Shown: one piece after another, positions 1-9,989 of the stretch | Numbering within the stretch: position 1 is the stretch's first letter | Layout of the letters: the number at the start of each line of letters is the position of its first letter | DNA from: a virus | Taxonomy: Duplodnaviria; Caudoviricetes | DNA length: 27,165 nucleotides | IMG/VR virus record: IMGVR_UViG_3300032212_000122 | Coordinates: 1 to 27,165 of that record | Strand: one strand, 5' to 3' | Notes under the pieces: generated by a model | What the model saw: only the letters and a program-made list of their open reading frames with translations | The model's database searches: none | What the model was told of the DNA's origin: nothing | Program-made: the position numbers and the translations under genes

Positions 1-1096
1 ACAAACTATCATCACTACTCACTAGTTGCGCCATAGACATTAAGTCGCCGTTACTACCAGTGCCTGCTACAAGAGCAGAGATTTGCCCTAGAGCGGGATT
101 ACGAGCTTTATTAATCTCGTCTACAATAGTGTTCATATTAGCCAGTCGCTGGCTCATCATGACATTATCACCAAACTCTTGTCCCTTCTCTAAAAACCCC
201 ATGTAGAATTTCTGATTATCTAGGACACGTTGTTTAGCTTGTTTGACAATCTCAGGATTAATTGGAAGATTTTGTTTTCTATTCTCTAACACAGCCTCAT
301 CAATACTACGTAACAGAGCTTGTGTAGAAGAATTAATCCCCGTACGGTAGGCATCTACATCTAAATCATTTAATGCTCCCTTCTCATTTAATGTGTTACG
401 AAGAGCCCGTACATGGTCATCTGCTATGTTCATGAAGGTAATAGACTCCTTCCCACGGAAAGTGGAGAAATCATTAGCAGCATCTGCCTTCATCTGTGTT
501 AAGTATATCTGCCTACCTCTCTCTCTTCCTGCATCAACACCGCTCCAGTTCCCACTACCATATTTAGCGTCCATTTGGGCATTGAATTGAGCTTGTGCTG
601 AAGGCACAGCAGATCTTACATTACTACGTCCTTGCGTAAACAAGGAATTGATCTGCGGCTGTATGGCTAAATTGCTCACATCAGCTAACGCTGACTTCTG
701 TAAAGCATTTAGACGCGTCTGGAAATTAATGGGATTGAGAATACCAGAACGTTTAGCTCTTGTGAGCTTGGCTCTTTGCTTGTCTAAAGAGTTTAAAACA
801 TCCTGCTCCTCCTCTGTAATTCCATCCTGTGTAATCTGCTGTACTTGTGTAGCAAGCTGCTGGTCTTCTAGAAGAAGAGCGTTACGCTCATCCTCTAGAT
901 TTAGAACATCTGTCTGTATACCAGCTAGAGATTGTTGTTGTTCTTGTACATCCCGCTGGCGTTTAATACCAGCAAACAATTGTAACCCCTGTCCCGCCAC
1001 AGCAGCCAAGTCCTGTGTTGTACTTCCAGAAGAAGTGTGAACAGGGGCAGCCTTAGCTGGAGTAGCCTCTGATAAGGTTGTAGTGAATTGTGCCAT
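1..1096 (-). CDS. Internal virion (ejection/core) protein, truncated by the window edge
   Basis: Not in the ORF track. The ATG (cat, 1094-1096) overlaps the TAA of the upstream 1580-aa gene. The frame MAQFTTTLSEATPAKAAPVHTSSGSTTQDLAAVAGQGLQLFAG... stays open to base 1. It is helical and Q/A/L-rich, and lies downstream of the other core proteins. Confidence 0.7.
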   Translation of the reverse strand, partial: MAQFTTTLSEATPAKAAPVHTSSGSTTQDLAAVAGQGLQLFAGIKRQRDVQEQQQSLAGIQTDVLNLEDERNALLLEDQQLATQVQQITQDGITEEEQDVLNSLDKQRAKLTRAKRSGILNPINFQTRLNALQKSALADVSNLAIQPQINSLFTQGRSNVRSAVPSAQAQFNAQMDAKYGSGNWSGVDAGRERGRQIYLTQMKADAANDFSTFRGKESITFMNIADDHVRALRNTLNEKGALNDLDVDAYRTGINSSTQALLRSIDEAVLENRKQNLPINPEIVKQAKQRVLDNQKFYMGFLEKGQEFGDNVMMSQRLANMNTIVDEINKARNPALGQISALVAGTGSNGDLMSMAQLVSSDDSL

Positions 1097-4000
1097 TAGT
1101 TCTGTTCCTCTTCTAGTAGTAAGCTTTGTGCCACATTAGGCTTCACTCTGCCACCACTTTCTATAATTAAACGTTGAGCTGCTTTGACACCTCTGTCTAG
1201 CTTAGTAGCCGGAGCTAAGGCATCTTTGTTAACAGACTTTAATAAATCCATTTTTTCTGTAGCCGAGAAGGGAGCTAATATCACAGCCTTCTTAGCGTTA
1301 TACAATTCTTGATTTCCTGTATTAGCAAAGTCAATGAGAGATCCTTTAAGTTCCTTAAGAGCCTCCTTCTTAAATTGCATAGCACTCTTAACAGAGTCTT
1401 GGTTTTTATAATGCTGTAGTTCTACGTCTGTAGGGAAGCCCATAGCAATGCCTAGCTGGGTCTGCAAGGATATAGGACCAAGCTGCTCCTTTGTAGCAAT
1501 TAAAGTTCCACGAGAAGACATAAGCCTCCCAGTAGAATTCAATGTATACAATTTCCTCGCGTTAGTCCACGTAGACGTTAGGGCGGCTATATCATCTAGA
1601 TTAGACAACACAGACTGGTACATAACATCTCCTGTGGGCACTTCGTATATGCTCTTCATACTAAGCACAACACCTGCCCCCACATCTCCTACGCGTCTAA
1701 TGATGTTAGCTGAAGGGCCTGTAAACATCTCAATAGCCCCTTCTTCACTATACCCACCATTAAACACTTCTATAGCCCCTTCTGCAATAGAAGCCACTAC
1801 ATTGTCATCCAAGCCTGCTAGCAAACTGAAGCTCTCGGTAGGAGCCAAGTCTCCTGCTCCTAACAAGCTGCCAAGCATTCCAACAAATCCTTCATTAATA
1901 GCGTCTGTAAAATCAGGATTTTCAGCTATGAATTCTTGTGTAGACTGCCCTCTAAGCTCTGCTACATAGGCAGCAGCCTCTTCTGCTACAGGAACACCAA
2001 CAGTTCCATACAAGAATAGCTGGCCTGCTAGGGCCTGTGCTTTCTCTTTAGGTGTCCATTGCGTAGATCCTCCAATTACACGAGGCATAACATTCTCTAG
2101 GAATTTAGCCTGCACCTGTAAAAACTGTGTAGCTACATTAATTCCTGGAGCCTTCTGCCACCAAGCAGCATTCTCACTCTGTAAGTTCATCTGCAATCTA
2201 AGCGCTTCTTGGCTTGTCTCTTGTATGTCCTTATCTGCCATTTTCTTGCCTGGATTAGCAGCTTTCCACTTCCTGCGTGCGATGTTCCAGCTTAGCATTC
2301 TAGAGAAGTTTTCTCCTTCATTAAAGAACACTCTCCCTGCTTTAGATAGCTTCCTAGCAGCATCAATAGACCCATGACTAATACCAACAGAGTTCATATC
2401 AAAGTCAGCCTGTCGTACAATACTGTCTCTCAAACCACTCTTATTATATTCTCGTAGGCTATCAACTACATCATCACCAAGCTTCATGTGCTTAGCAGCT
2501 TGTGCTGCTTTAGCCTCTGGCAACATGGCAATAGAACGCAGTGCTAGCGTATCCCCCATAGAAGGGAGGGCCAGTGTTGGATTCATTGATATAGACAAAG
2601 AAGCATTCTGCATCTGTACAAATAATTGACGTAGATTAAAGAAGCCCATATGTAAATTAAAGCTATGTCCCTTTATCCAATCACTGACACTACCTTGAGA
2701 ATGATCTAGGAGCCACTGTCTAGGCTTAGCAGCAAAAGGCTTACCATATAACATATTAGCAGCACCAAGGGCTATACGCTCTGTAACACGCTCTTCGCGG
2801 CTAGGCATCTTCATATTGTCTTGGATGTATTGACGAGCTTGCTCCATAACATCTTTAGTGTCTTTCTCTAGATTTAATGTGCCATCAAAGCGCTGCTCTC
2901 TGCCCAATCCGCTACGTCCTTGGCTCTCTGCTAAAGTGTTTACAGTGTTCTTCCATCTCTCTGTAGCTGTAGCTCTATATTCATTGAGAGGCATAATAGA
3001 AGAAATGTTCTGAACATACCGCTCTGTGCTATTACCTACAGACATGCGTTCTGGTCTAAACTCCTTATCTCCATCCTTCACCATTAGAGGGCGTGTCTTA
3101 CGACTTCCTGTATATAAGCCACCAAAAGCATTGGAGTCTTCTACAAGCTGTTGTACAGCATTGAATTCTCTATCAGCAAATACAGCACTGTCGGGAGTAC
3201 TGTCACTAAAGGCCTTAGCCTTATCTCTTGTAGGAAAAGCATACAACACTTCCTTATTAGGAGAAGCCATGTCTCTTACGTAGAAATACCCTTTAGGGTA
3301 GATACGAGGGACATATCCCGCTTGGTAGTTGAGTACATCATCAGGAAGCCTGCTCCAACCACTCTCCTTTTTGACTAGCGCTATTGTAGCTTCTTTCCCT
3401 TGACGCACACGAACGGGCTGTAACAGCTCTACCACTTCATATCCATCATCAATGTAAGATTGCTTCTTAAGAGCAACACTACTTCCTTTGTGGAAAGTAT
3501 TCACTTCTCCAGGGAAGAATACAAAGTCTTCTGTCCCAACATCTGAGATGTTGAATTGCTTGCGCCTCCGGCCCATAAGATTAGAAGCACCTCTATCCTT
3601 ATCTACGTATTTAAGGTTTTCATATCCCTCTATCTCTAGCTGACGTTTTGTGGCAACAGAACGAATGTTGTGCATTTCGTCAAAGAATGTACGTTTCTGA
3701 TAGTAGCTTTCTATCTGTCTATCCGTCATCTTAATGACGCCATTTTGTGTCTCTACGAGCCCATCACGAAGTTCAGCAATACTATATATCTTGCTCTCCT
3801 CATCACCAGCCATCAAGATAGAGTCTACCTCGAAACGCTCTTTCTTGCCCAAGCCTGCCTCAGATTGTTTCCATAAATTGGCTAAGCCGTTACGAAGCTT
3901 TGCAGATTGTTGCCCTGTAAATGTAGCGTCCTTAACTAAATCCGGGAACACATCTTGTAACAAAACATCAGGACTAAATACCCTGCCAAAGAGATTTTGC

Positions 4001-5838
4001 CACTTCTGTTTAAATGTGCGAGCATCGTTTTCACTAATAACACTACCCACGTCGTCTCGCGTGAATAAAAGTGAACGCTCTGCCTCTCCACTCGTAGTTG
4101 AATACTTTAGTGTAAACCCTTCTTTAGAACGTTCAATAACGTTCATGCTATTAATAGACTGGCCAGCATCTGTTAGTTCAGCAGACAAGCGTTCTTGTGC
4201 TCTTGTAATAGCTAATGCCTGTTCTTCTGGTGTGAAGGCAGTTGGGGTTATTACATCTTCTAGTAGGGAGGCAATCCCTGTCTTAACCTCTTGCACAACC
4301 CCTAGGTTTTGTACAGCTTCTTTGTTAAGTTCATTCTCAGACTTATCCTCTGTTTTAGGAGCTTCCTTCTTAGCCTCTTCTCTTGCTTGTCTTGAAGCAT
4401 TCTGCTCTCGCATAGAGGCCTTAGCCTCTTCAACAGCTTTAGCATACTGGGCTTGGTATCTATCAGGAATAATCCCTTGTTGTAGTCTAGACAGATCAGC
4501 CTCTGCTTGTACAGGGGCCTTATTGGCATCAATACGTCTTTGTACAATAGCTAGCTTCTCTTGTATAATAGCCATATCATTATTAATATCGGCTGTCTGT
4601 CTTTTACGGGCCTGTCCTACTTTGGCACCTCCTTTAGAGGAAGTGGACACAGCTTGCTTTTCAATCTTTAGTTGAGCTAGCGTCTTTTGGTAGGCGGTCT
4701 TCTCTCGCATGAGAGCTTTAAACGTGCCCCTATCCAGTTTATTACCTGAAATAGGAAGAAGTTCTTCTGTGAAGGCTTTAATCTGCCGTTGCTTAACAAT
4801 GTCAATTTCACCCGCAATGTCATCAATAGACGCCCCTTCATCTACAGCCCTCGTAGGCATGGGATTGGCCGAATGTGCCGCATCGGCTTTCTTAACACCA
4901 ATAGCATCTTCTATACCTGCATCATCTACACCAGCCACAGCCTGCCTACTGGCGGCTGCTTCTATTCCCTCTGCATCGACAGCGCGAGAGGCTAAGCTGC
5001 GCGAGGACATAATACCCCTAGAGGCCTTAGTGGCTAGATGTAAAGCTTCTGCTCCTACAGCAATATCAAAACCTACACCCAGAATAATATCACTACCACT
5101 ACCAGCCTTATCAAATAAGGTACTAATCAAGCTTCCCACTTTAACGTGGTTGTGGTCATAGGCCTCCCACATAGCAGGAACAATCTCTTCAATTAGCACG
5201 GCCTGTTCCGCAGGAGTGCGAGTCTGGAAGTCTTTAATAGCTGTATGTAATTGTTCTGGAGATTCAAAGATGCTTCCATCAACTAAATCACTAGCATCTT
5301 TCAAATAGTCATGTTGTAGAATAGAAGTAGCCCAGTTCACGGCGGTCTCTAGTGTTCCGAGCTCCTCTGCCCTTTCTTCTAGTATCTGATAGGCTCTGCC
5401 TTTTACAGCAGCTTCTTCTGCTCGAAAACTCTCTAATGTATCTGGAGCATTATAATCCGTAACAGCTTGATAGTAGCCATCTACATCACTAAAGCGTTCG
5501 CCTATGACATTGATGTTTTCTAGAATAGCCTGGCTTCTAGCCACACTAGTTTCATCTAAAACATCTACTTGCTGTGCGGCTTCTAGGGCAGCTTGTTCTT
5601 GTTTAGCGGCATATCCCAGAAGCTCTTGTTGCATATATTCGTCAGACAATCCTTGATCTACATCAGCCTTTGTTCCATGATATAGGATGTTAACATCTTG
5701 TTCAGGATTATTAATTAAACGAATATCCATCAAAGCTCTAACACTGCTCTGCTTTTTTCTAGCACTCTCTAACACCACTTCAGGCTGAATCAAAGGATTA
5801 GCCTGTAGGCCTGATATTGGATCTATAATTTCTGACAT
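1096..5838 (-). CDS. Large internal virion (ejection) protein, 1580 aa
   Basis: Very long, helical, A/E/K-rich ORF with a GGAG RBS, located after the nozzle and gp13/gp14-like genes as in podoviruses. No catalytic motif recognised. Confidence 0.75.
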   Translation of the reverse strand: MSEIIDPISGLQANPLIQPEVVLESARKKQSSVRALMDIRLINNPEQDVNILYHGTKADVDQGLSDEYMQQELLGYAAKQEQAALEAAQQVDVLDETSVARSQAILENINVIGERFSDVDGYYQAVTDYNAPDTLESFRAEEAAVKGRAYQILEERAEELGTLETAVNWATSILQHDYLKDASDLVDGSIFESPEQLHTAIKDFQTRTPAEQAVLIEEIVPAMWEAYDHNHVKVGSLISTLFDKAGSGSDIILGVGFDIAVGAEALHLATKASRGIMSSRSLASRAVDAEGIEAAASRQAVAGVDDAGIEDAIGVKKADAAHSANPMPTRAVDEGASIDDIAGEIDIVKQRQIKAFTEELLPISGNKLDRGTFKALMREKTAYQKTLAQLKIEKQAVSTSSKGGAKVGQARKRQTADINNDMAIIQEKLAIVQRRIDANKAPVQAEADLSRLQQGIIPDRYQAQYAKAVEEAKASMREQNASRQAREEAKKEAPKTEDKSENELNKEAVQNLGVVQEVKTGIASLLEDVITPTAFTPEEQALAITRAQERLSAELTDAGQSINSMNVIERSKEGFTLKYSTTSGEAERSLLFTRDDVGSVISENDARTFKQKWQNLFGRVFSPDVLLQDVFPDLVKDATFTGQQSAKLRNGLANLWKQSEAGLGKKERFEVDSILMAGDEESKIYSIAELRDGLVETQNGVIKMTDRQIESYYQKRTFFDEMHNIRSVATKRQLEIEGYENLKYVDKDRGASNLMGRRRKQFNISDVGTEDFVFFPGEVNTFHKGSSVALKKQSYIDDGYEVVELLQPVRVRQGKEATIALVKKESGWSRLPDDVLNYQAGYVPRIYPKGYFYVRDMASPNKEVLYAFPTRDKAKAFSDSTPDSAVFADREFNAVQQLVEDSNAFGGLYTGSRKTRPLMVKDGDKEFRPERMSVGNSTERYVQNISSIMPLNEYRATATERWKNTVNTLAESQGRSGLGREQRFDGTLNLEKDTKDVMEQARQYIQDNMKMPSREERVTERIALGAANMLYGKPFAAKPRQWLLDHSQGSVSDWIKGHSFNLHMGFFNLRQLFVQMQNASLSISMNPTLALPSMGDTLALRSIAMLPEAKAAQAAKHMKLGDDVVDSLREYNKSGLRDSIVRQADFDMNSVGISHGSIDAARKLSKAGRVFFNEGENFSRMLSWNIARRKWKAANPGKKMADKDIQETSQEALRLQMNLQSENAAWWQKAPGINVATQFLQVQAKFLENVMPRVIGGSTQWTPKEKAQALAGQLFLYGTVGVPVAEEAAAYVAELRGQSTQEFIAENPDFTDAINEGFVGMLGSLLGAGDLAPTESFSLLAGLDDNVVASIAEGAIEVFNGGYSEEGAIEMFTGPSANIIRRVGDVGAGVVLSMKSIYEVPTGDVMYQSVLSNLDDIAALTSTWTNARKLYTLNSTGRLMSSRGTLIATKEQLGPISLQTQLGIAMGFPTDVELQHYKNQDSVKSAMQFKKEALKELKGSLIDFANTGNQELYNAKKAVILAPFSATEKMDLLKSVNKDALAPATKLDRGVKAAQRLIIESGGRVKPNVAQSLLLEEEQN

Positions 5839-5841
5839 GTA

Positions 5842-6285
5842 TTAATCTTCTCCAAAACTAGCAAACAGGGAAGCACCTGTAGCTGCCAGTTTGCCTGTAG
5901 CAGCTAGATCGCCTGCCTTGCCAGCACTGCGAGCAGCCTCACTTCTAAATATATTTGATTGTGTTTGTAATGTATTCACTGTGTCTAAGAAACTTAGATT
6001 AGAGGCAAGCTGTGTTCCCACTTGCCCTGCTCCTGATATAGCTCCAGAGGTTCCCTGTGTCCCAGTAGATTGTGCGCTGGCTTCTACATTAGCTCGTTGT
6101 ATACGAGCCTCTCTAACAGCTCTCCTGCGCTCCCTAGAAGCTTTGATGTTCTGTATACGCTGCTCTGTTAGGGTGGCCCTCTCAGAAGCTTTCCTACCCT
6201 GTCTAGCCTCTACAGCACCAGCAGCGCCTAGAGCAACAGCACTTGTACCTAAGCTTATAAGGGCTATCTCCGCGCCAGTTCCCAT
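5842..6285 (-). CDS. Small internal virion protein (T7 gp14-like position)
   Basis: 147 aa with a hydrophobic G/A-rich N-terminus, then a basic coiled coil and a G/S/T linker, typical of podovirus small ejection proteins. Translationally coupled to the upstream gene. Confidence 0.7.
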   Translation of the reverse strand: MGTGAEIALISLGTSAVALGAAGAVEARQGRKASERATLTEQRIQNIKASRERRRAVREARIQRANVEASAQSTGTQGTSGAISGAGQVGTQLASNLSFLDTVNTLQTQSNIFRSEAARSAGKAGDLAATGKLAATGASLFASFGED

Positions 6286-6575
6286 TATAGTGCTCTCCTA
6301 TATATAATATTGTCATCAGTCTCCAATAGAGGAGACATACCAAACATTGTCTGCCATTTCATTATTTTCTCCTCCTTTGGAATACAACTAAAGACATATT
6401 CTAAGCCCTTCTCTTTGAGGGCTTCCATCACTTCTATCCAAATCTCTAACAATTGTTTATATACAGACTTTGAGAAGTTGTCCGGTTTGTATTCAGAATG
6501 TATAAACACCTTCCCTTCAAACATCTCTCCATCTATTAATATACAACTATCTTCATAAATAGGAAATCTAGACAT
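6285..6575 (-). CDS. GNAT-fold, T7 gp13-like assembly protein
   Basis: 96 aa between the nozzle and ejection genes. The segment LKEKGLEYVFSCIP...KWQTMFGM resembles the C-terminal GNAT pattern. Confidence 0.55.
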   Translation of the reverse strand: MSRFPIYEDSCILIDGEMFEGKVFIHSEYKPDNFSKSVYKQLLEIWIEVMEALKEKGLEYVFSCIPKEEKIMKWQTMFGMSPLLETDDNIIYRRAL

Positions 6576-8763
6576 TCTCGTTCCCCTCTGCTAACATAGC
6601 CCAGCCATACACATGTAAATCATGTAGAGCTTCTGTGTCAAACCGCAACGACAAGGCCTTTCCTGAGCCTCTCAGGCGATTCTTTGTAGTAATCATTACA
6701 TGGCCATAGTCGAACAGATCTCCTACGCCAGAAGGCATGTAAGGACGTGTCAGCCTATAAGCCTGAAAGGGTGTTCCCCATTTCCCGCTATTAGCACTAT
6801 CAGCAAAGTCCCATTGTGCCTGCAAGGTGCAGCTACTAGGATTGATGGGCTCTAAACTCCCATCTCCTTCTACGTCTGTAAAGCCAATCTCTGTTCTCTT
6901 GAAATGCGTTGTTAGATAAGGTACATACTTACGTCTCATACTATCTGCAAACACCTCATAGCCTGTCACCAAATAGGCAGGAGCATCTACACCTATGTTA
7001 TCCGCTGCTTCCCAATCAAGAAACGTCTGATTACCATAAACTCCTAGCGTGAGCGTGTACGTAGTATCTGGCGTAAGTACTAAGTATTTAGTAGTAGAAT
7101 CTCCACTACTTCTCACATCACTAGTCACTACCACTTGTTCGCCATTCACTACAACATTAACTCCGCCACTAACCACGTTGTCTTGTTTCTGTAGTGTTAT
7201 GAAATCTGTCACAGGCATGTAGCCTGCCACACAAGGGCTGTCTGTATCTAATGCTCCTATCTCGTAGGGATAGAAAGCTTGCAACACTGTGTCAAAGATA
7301 AGCTCTTTATTGTAGCAACTAGTTTGTGCTGTACCGTCATAAGCCTCTGTGTCATTATACAACCAACTAATCTTTCTATTAGCTGTGTCGTAATTACCTT
7401 TAGCATATAGCCTTCCAATAGAAGGTATGGCAGTGTAAAAATCTTGTATACTACTCTCGGACAAGTTCTGTGCCACCATCCTACCACTAGCCTTATCAGG
7501 AGAGAGGACATATATACCACCATCACTCCAATACACAATGCTCCCCTCTGCATTAACAACACTGTCAGGGCCCATAGCGCCTACATTAGTGATTTGTGTA
7601 ATAGAGAAATCATCAGCTCTGAACACGCCATCGGGGCCTGTTATCTGCCAAACACCGTTCTCTGCAATAACCACCAACGTAGCACCATTAGTGATTAGTT
7701 TATATATGTTAGATGCTTCTGGGATTGTAATACTTCCCCCATCTGTAGCTATTAAGTCAGATACATGTTCTGACGTAGGATCTGCTTCTTGATAACAAAC
7801 ACCCAAGTCTGTTGTGTTGCGCACAATGCGAGAGAATAGGATTGTTCCAGTATAGGAAGGGCTCTCTGCATCAGGATCTACTATACTACTGCTAATTCCA
7901 GAATAGAACACACGTCCTGCAAAAGAAGCTACTGAGGTAGCAGCTCCTTGCTCTTCATCTAAGGGCAGGGTTGTGACACCACTAACTGTCTGTCTGCTGG
8001 CTCCTCTATTGTAGGCATTAATAATATAACGCCCCTTAGGGGCAGGGGTGTTACCAAAGAAGTTGGTAGACAGAGTACCAAAGTTAAAGACGCCTAGGTT
8101 ATTCTTACCTAATGCCTGTAAGTCCGCATTAGATGCATATAAGCCACCAAAGTTGTAATTGGGAGACACCCATCCCTGATTTAATAAGTTATAATGATGC
8201 TCTGCTGATAGAGTGGTAGGTCTAGTGTCTGTAGGGAGCCCATCATCCACTCCCCAGATATCTCTCACTTCCACCTCGTAGGCACCTAAGATAAAAGTAC
8301 CGGCTAAGTCTCTTTCTAGATATTGAGGGCCAGCACTATCAGCACTACTGGCTAACACCAATAAGCCTTTAACCACAGCATATTGTAAAGGCACATTATT
8401 GTATTTAGTGGCCAGTGTTACAGTCTGTAAGACATTGCTGCTGGGAGCAGTTGTGGACAAATCTAACAAGTGTAATAAATTACCCACCTGCACAACACCA
8501 ACTGTCACTGTGGCATCATCTCCAACGTTGTCCCATTTAAAGCTAGTAATTGCTATACTAGCAAAGTCAGAAGAATTCTTTGTTGTGTCGATTAAACTGT
8601 AGCTGGCCTCATAGTCCATGCCTAGCCTGCGTTGTCTACTACCATCTCTATTGAGCATGAAATTACGTTCATCAATAGACGCATTCTCAGGAAAGGTGAG
8701 AGGCGTGGCCTCTGTTATAAGACCACGAACAAAGCTATTTCTTTCTACTGTTGTTTTTGGCAT
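6568..8763 (-). CDS. Tail nozzle / tail tubular protein B
   Basis: 731-aa beta-rich protein. The N-terminus NSFVRGLITEATPLTFPENAS..E.NF.L..DGSR.RRLG and the internal VASFAGRVFYSG and CYQEADPTSE..SDL..TDGG motifs are typical of Zobellviridae-like nozzles. Confidence 0.85.
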   Translation of the reverse strand: MPKTTVERNSFVRGLITEATPLTFPENASIDERNFMLNRDGSRQRRLGMDYEASYSLIDTTKNSSDFASIAITSFKWDNVGDDATVTVGVVQVGNLLHLLDLSTTAPSSNVLQTVTLATKYNNVPLQYAVVKGLLVLASSADSAGPQYLERDLAGTFILGAYEVEVRDIWGVDDGLPTDTRPTTLSAEHHYNLLNQGWVSPNYNFGGLYASNADLQALGKNNLGVFNFGTLSTNFFGNTPAPKGRYIINAYNRGASRQTVSGVTTLPLDEEQGAATSVASFAGRVFYSGISSSIVDPDAESPSYTGTILFSRIVRNTTDLGVCYQEADPTSEHVSDLIATDGGSITIPEASNIYKLITNGATLVVIAENGVWQITGPDGVFRADDFSITQITNVGAMGPDSVVNAEGSIVYWSDGGIYVLSPDKASGRMVAQNLSESSIQDFYTAIPSIGRLYAKGNYDTANRKISWLYNDTEAYDGTAQTSCYNKELIFDTVLQAFYPYEIGALDTDSPCVAGYMPVTDFITLQKQDNVVSGGVNVVVNGEQVVVTSDVRSSGDSTTKYLVLTPDTTYTLTLGVYGNQTFLDWEAADNIGVDAPAYLVTGYEVFADSMRRKYVPYLTTHFKRTEIGFTDVEGDGSLEPINPSSCTLQAQWDFADSANSGKWGTPFQAYRLTRPYMPSGVGDLFDYGHVMITTKNRLRGSGKALSLRFDTEALHDLHVYGWAMLAEGNENV

Positions 8764-8920
8764 TAGCTCTCTTCTCTAAATAAGCATTAGCTACATTCTT
8801 GGCTTCATGCAAGGAAGTGTACAATCCTTGTAGCGCGGCAGGCATCTCACCGCCGCCTTCCCATTTAATACGAATTAATCTGCCTTCTGATTGAAATCTA
8901 AACTCTTTTTGTGTGCTCAT
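8735..8920 (-). CDS. Small conserved hypothetical protein between adaptor and nozzle
   Basis: 61 aa, coupled to both neighbours (ATGA overlap at 8917-8920). Contains a GGEMPAALQGLYTS motif. Confidence 0.65.
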   Translation of the reverse strand: MSTQKEFRFQSEGRLIRIKWEGGGEMPAALQGLYTSLHEAKNVANAYLEKRANAKNNSRKK

Positions 8921-9672
8921 TTCTTACCCACTCTACCATACGAGGGAAACTGCCATCCCCCATTAACTTGAAACGCTTTCTGGCTAGCCCAGCTAAGCCC
9001 CTTTCTACTCTGTTGTTCACTCTTCCCGTCAGGAGTTTGTTTAATTCGAGCAAAACAAACACTCTTAGCCTCAGCTAATAGAACACTGAACATCTCCGCA
9101 GGAAGATCTGGAACGTGTGTGTCGGATAGAGTAAATGTAGGCATCACGTAAGCAATAAGTTGTGTCTTACTACTCTGTAATGTGCTGTCCACCGCATTGT
9201 CATAACTATCAAAAATGATATACTCATCATCAAACGATGTATAATACTTAGGAGCTTTGTCTGTCTTAATTAACAGCTTCACCCCTGTGACATCTTCTAT
9301 CTCTGTGGTGTTAGCATTGTCTGTATTTCTATTATTAGTATGAATTAAGAAATCGTCTGGTGCCATCCATTCTACAGGCTGCCATCTAGGAGAAGTTTGA
9401 TTGATGTTCTGCTTATTATAATTCAAAGCAACAACTTCTTTAATATTCTCCTCCACTTTCATATGTGTAGGACGAGACGTAGTGAGAGATGCGTCTAGCT
9501 GTGTGAGCTTCTTAAGATGCTCCCAGTTCTTCCTACTCATTAAATCTTCATATGTAGACTTAATGATTTGAGCAACCTGCATACTCTCTACAGTGTCTGT
9601 TATTGAGGACACCTCATCGGAGTTCATGTCCGATAAAATATCCTGTGTCATGTCTAATACAGATTGTTTCAT
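8917..9672 (-). CDS. Tail adaptor / tail tubular protein A
   Basis: 251 aa. The N-terminus LDMTQDILSDMNSDEVSSITDTVESMQVAQII and the P.YYTSFDD..IIFDSYD..VD.TLQ motif fit this family, as does the synteny. Confidence 0.85.
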   Translation of the reverse strand: MKQSVLDMTQDILSDMNSDEVSSITDTVESMQVAQIIKSTYEDLMSRKNWEHLKKLTQLDASLTTSRPTHMKVEENIKEVVALNYNKQNINQTSPRWQPVEWMAPDDFLIHTNNRNTDNANTTEIEDVTGVKLLIKTDKAPKYYTSFDDEYIIFDSYDNAVDSTLQSSKTQLIAYVMPTFTLSDTHVPDLPAEMFSVLLAEAKSVCFARIKQTPDGKSEQQSRKGLSWASQKAFQVNGGWQFPSYGRVGKK

Positions 9673-9980
9673 TTCTTGTTCTTACTCCCCTTAGGGCGAC
9701 CTCCGCCGCTTGAACGTTTGCCTCCTTTCCTGCCACCATTACTTCTGTTGGTCTTCTGACTCTGTACCCGTGTATTCTTCTTACTGTTATTCTTGGGATT
9801 GCCGTCCTTATGATCTATGTCTTTTCCATCACCCTTGGACACCTTCCCTTCTTTTGTTGCTTGTCGTCTAGCTTTATTGCGTGCTGCCCTCTTCTTCTTT
9901 TGTTCAGGAGAGGAATTATATTTCCTCTGCCTCTTTGAGTCTGCTGTCGCATTAGCTTTCTTCTTCCCATCCCCTGCCAT
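9669..9980 (-). CDS. Small basic HNH-motif protein (putative endonuclease)
   Basis: Motif KGDGKDIDHKDGNPKNNSKKNTRVQSQKTNR (H-N-N variant) flanked by K/R-rich tails. Confidence 0.7.
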   Translation of the reverse strand: MAGDGKKKANATADSKRQRKYNSSPEQKKKRAARNKARRQATKEGKVSKGDGKDIDHKDGNPKNNSKKNTRVQSQKTNRSNGGRKGGKRSSGGGRPKGSKNKK

Positions 9981-9989
9981 ATTAATTCC

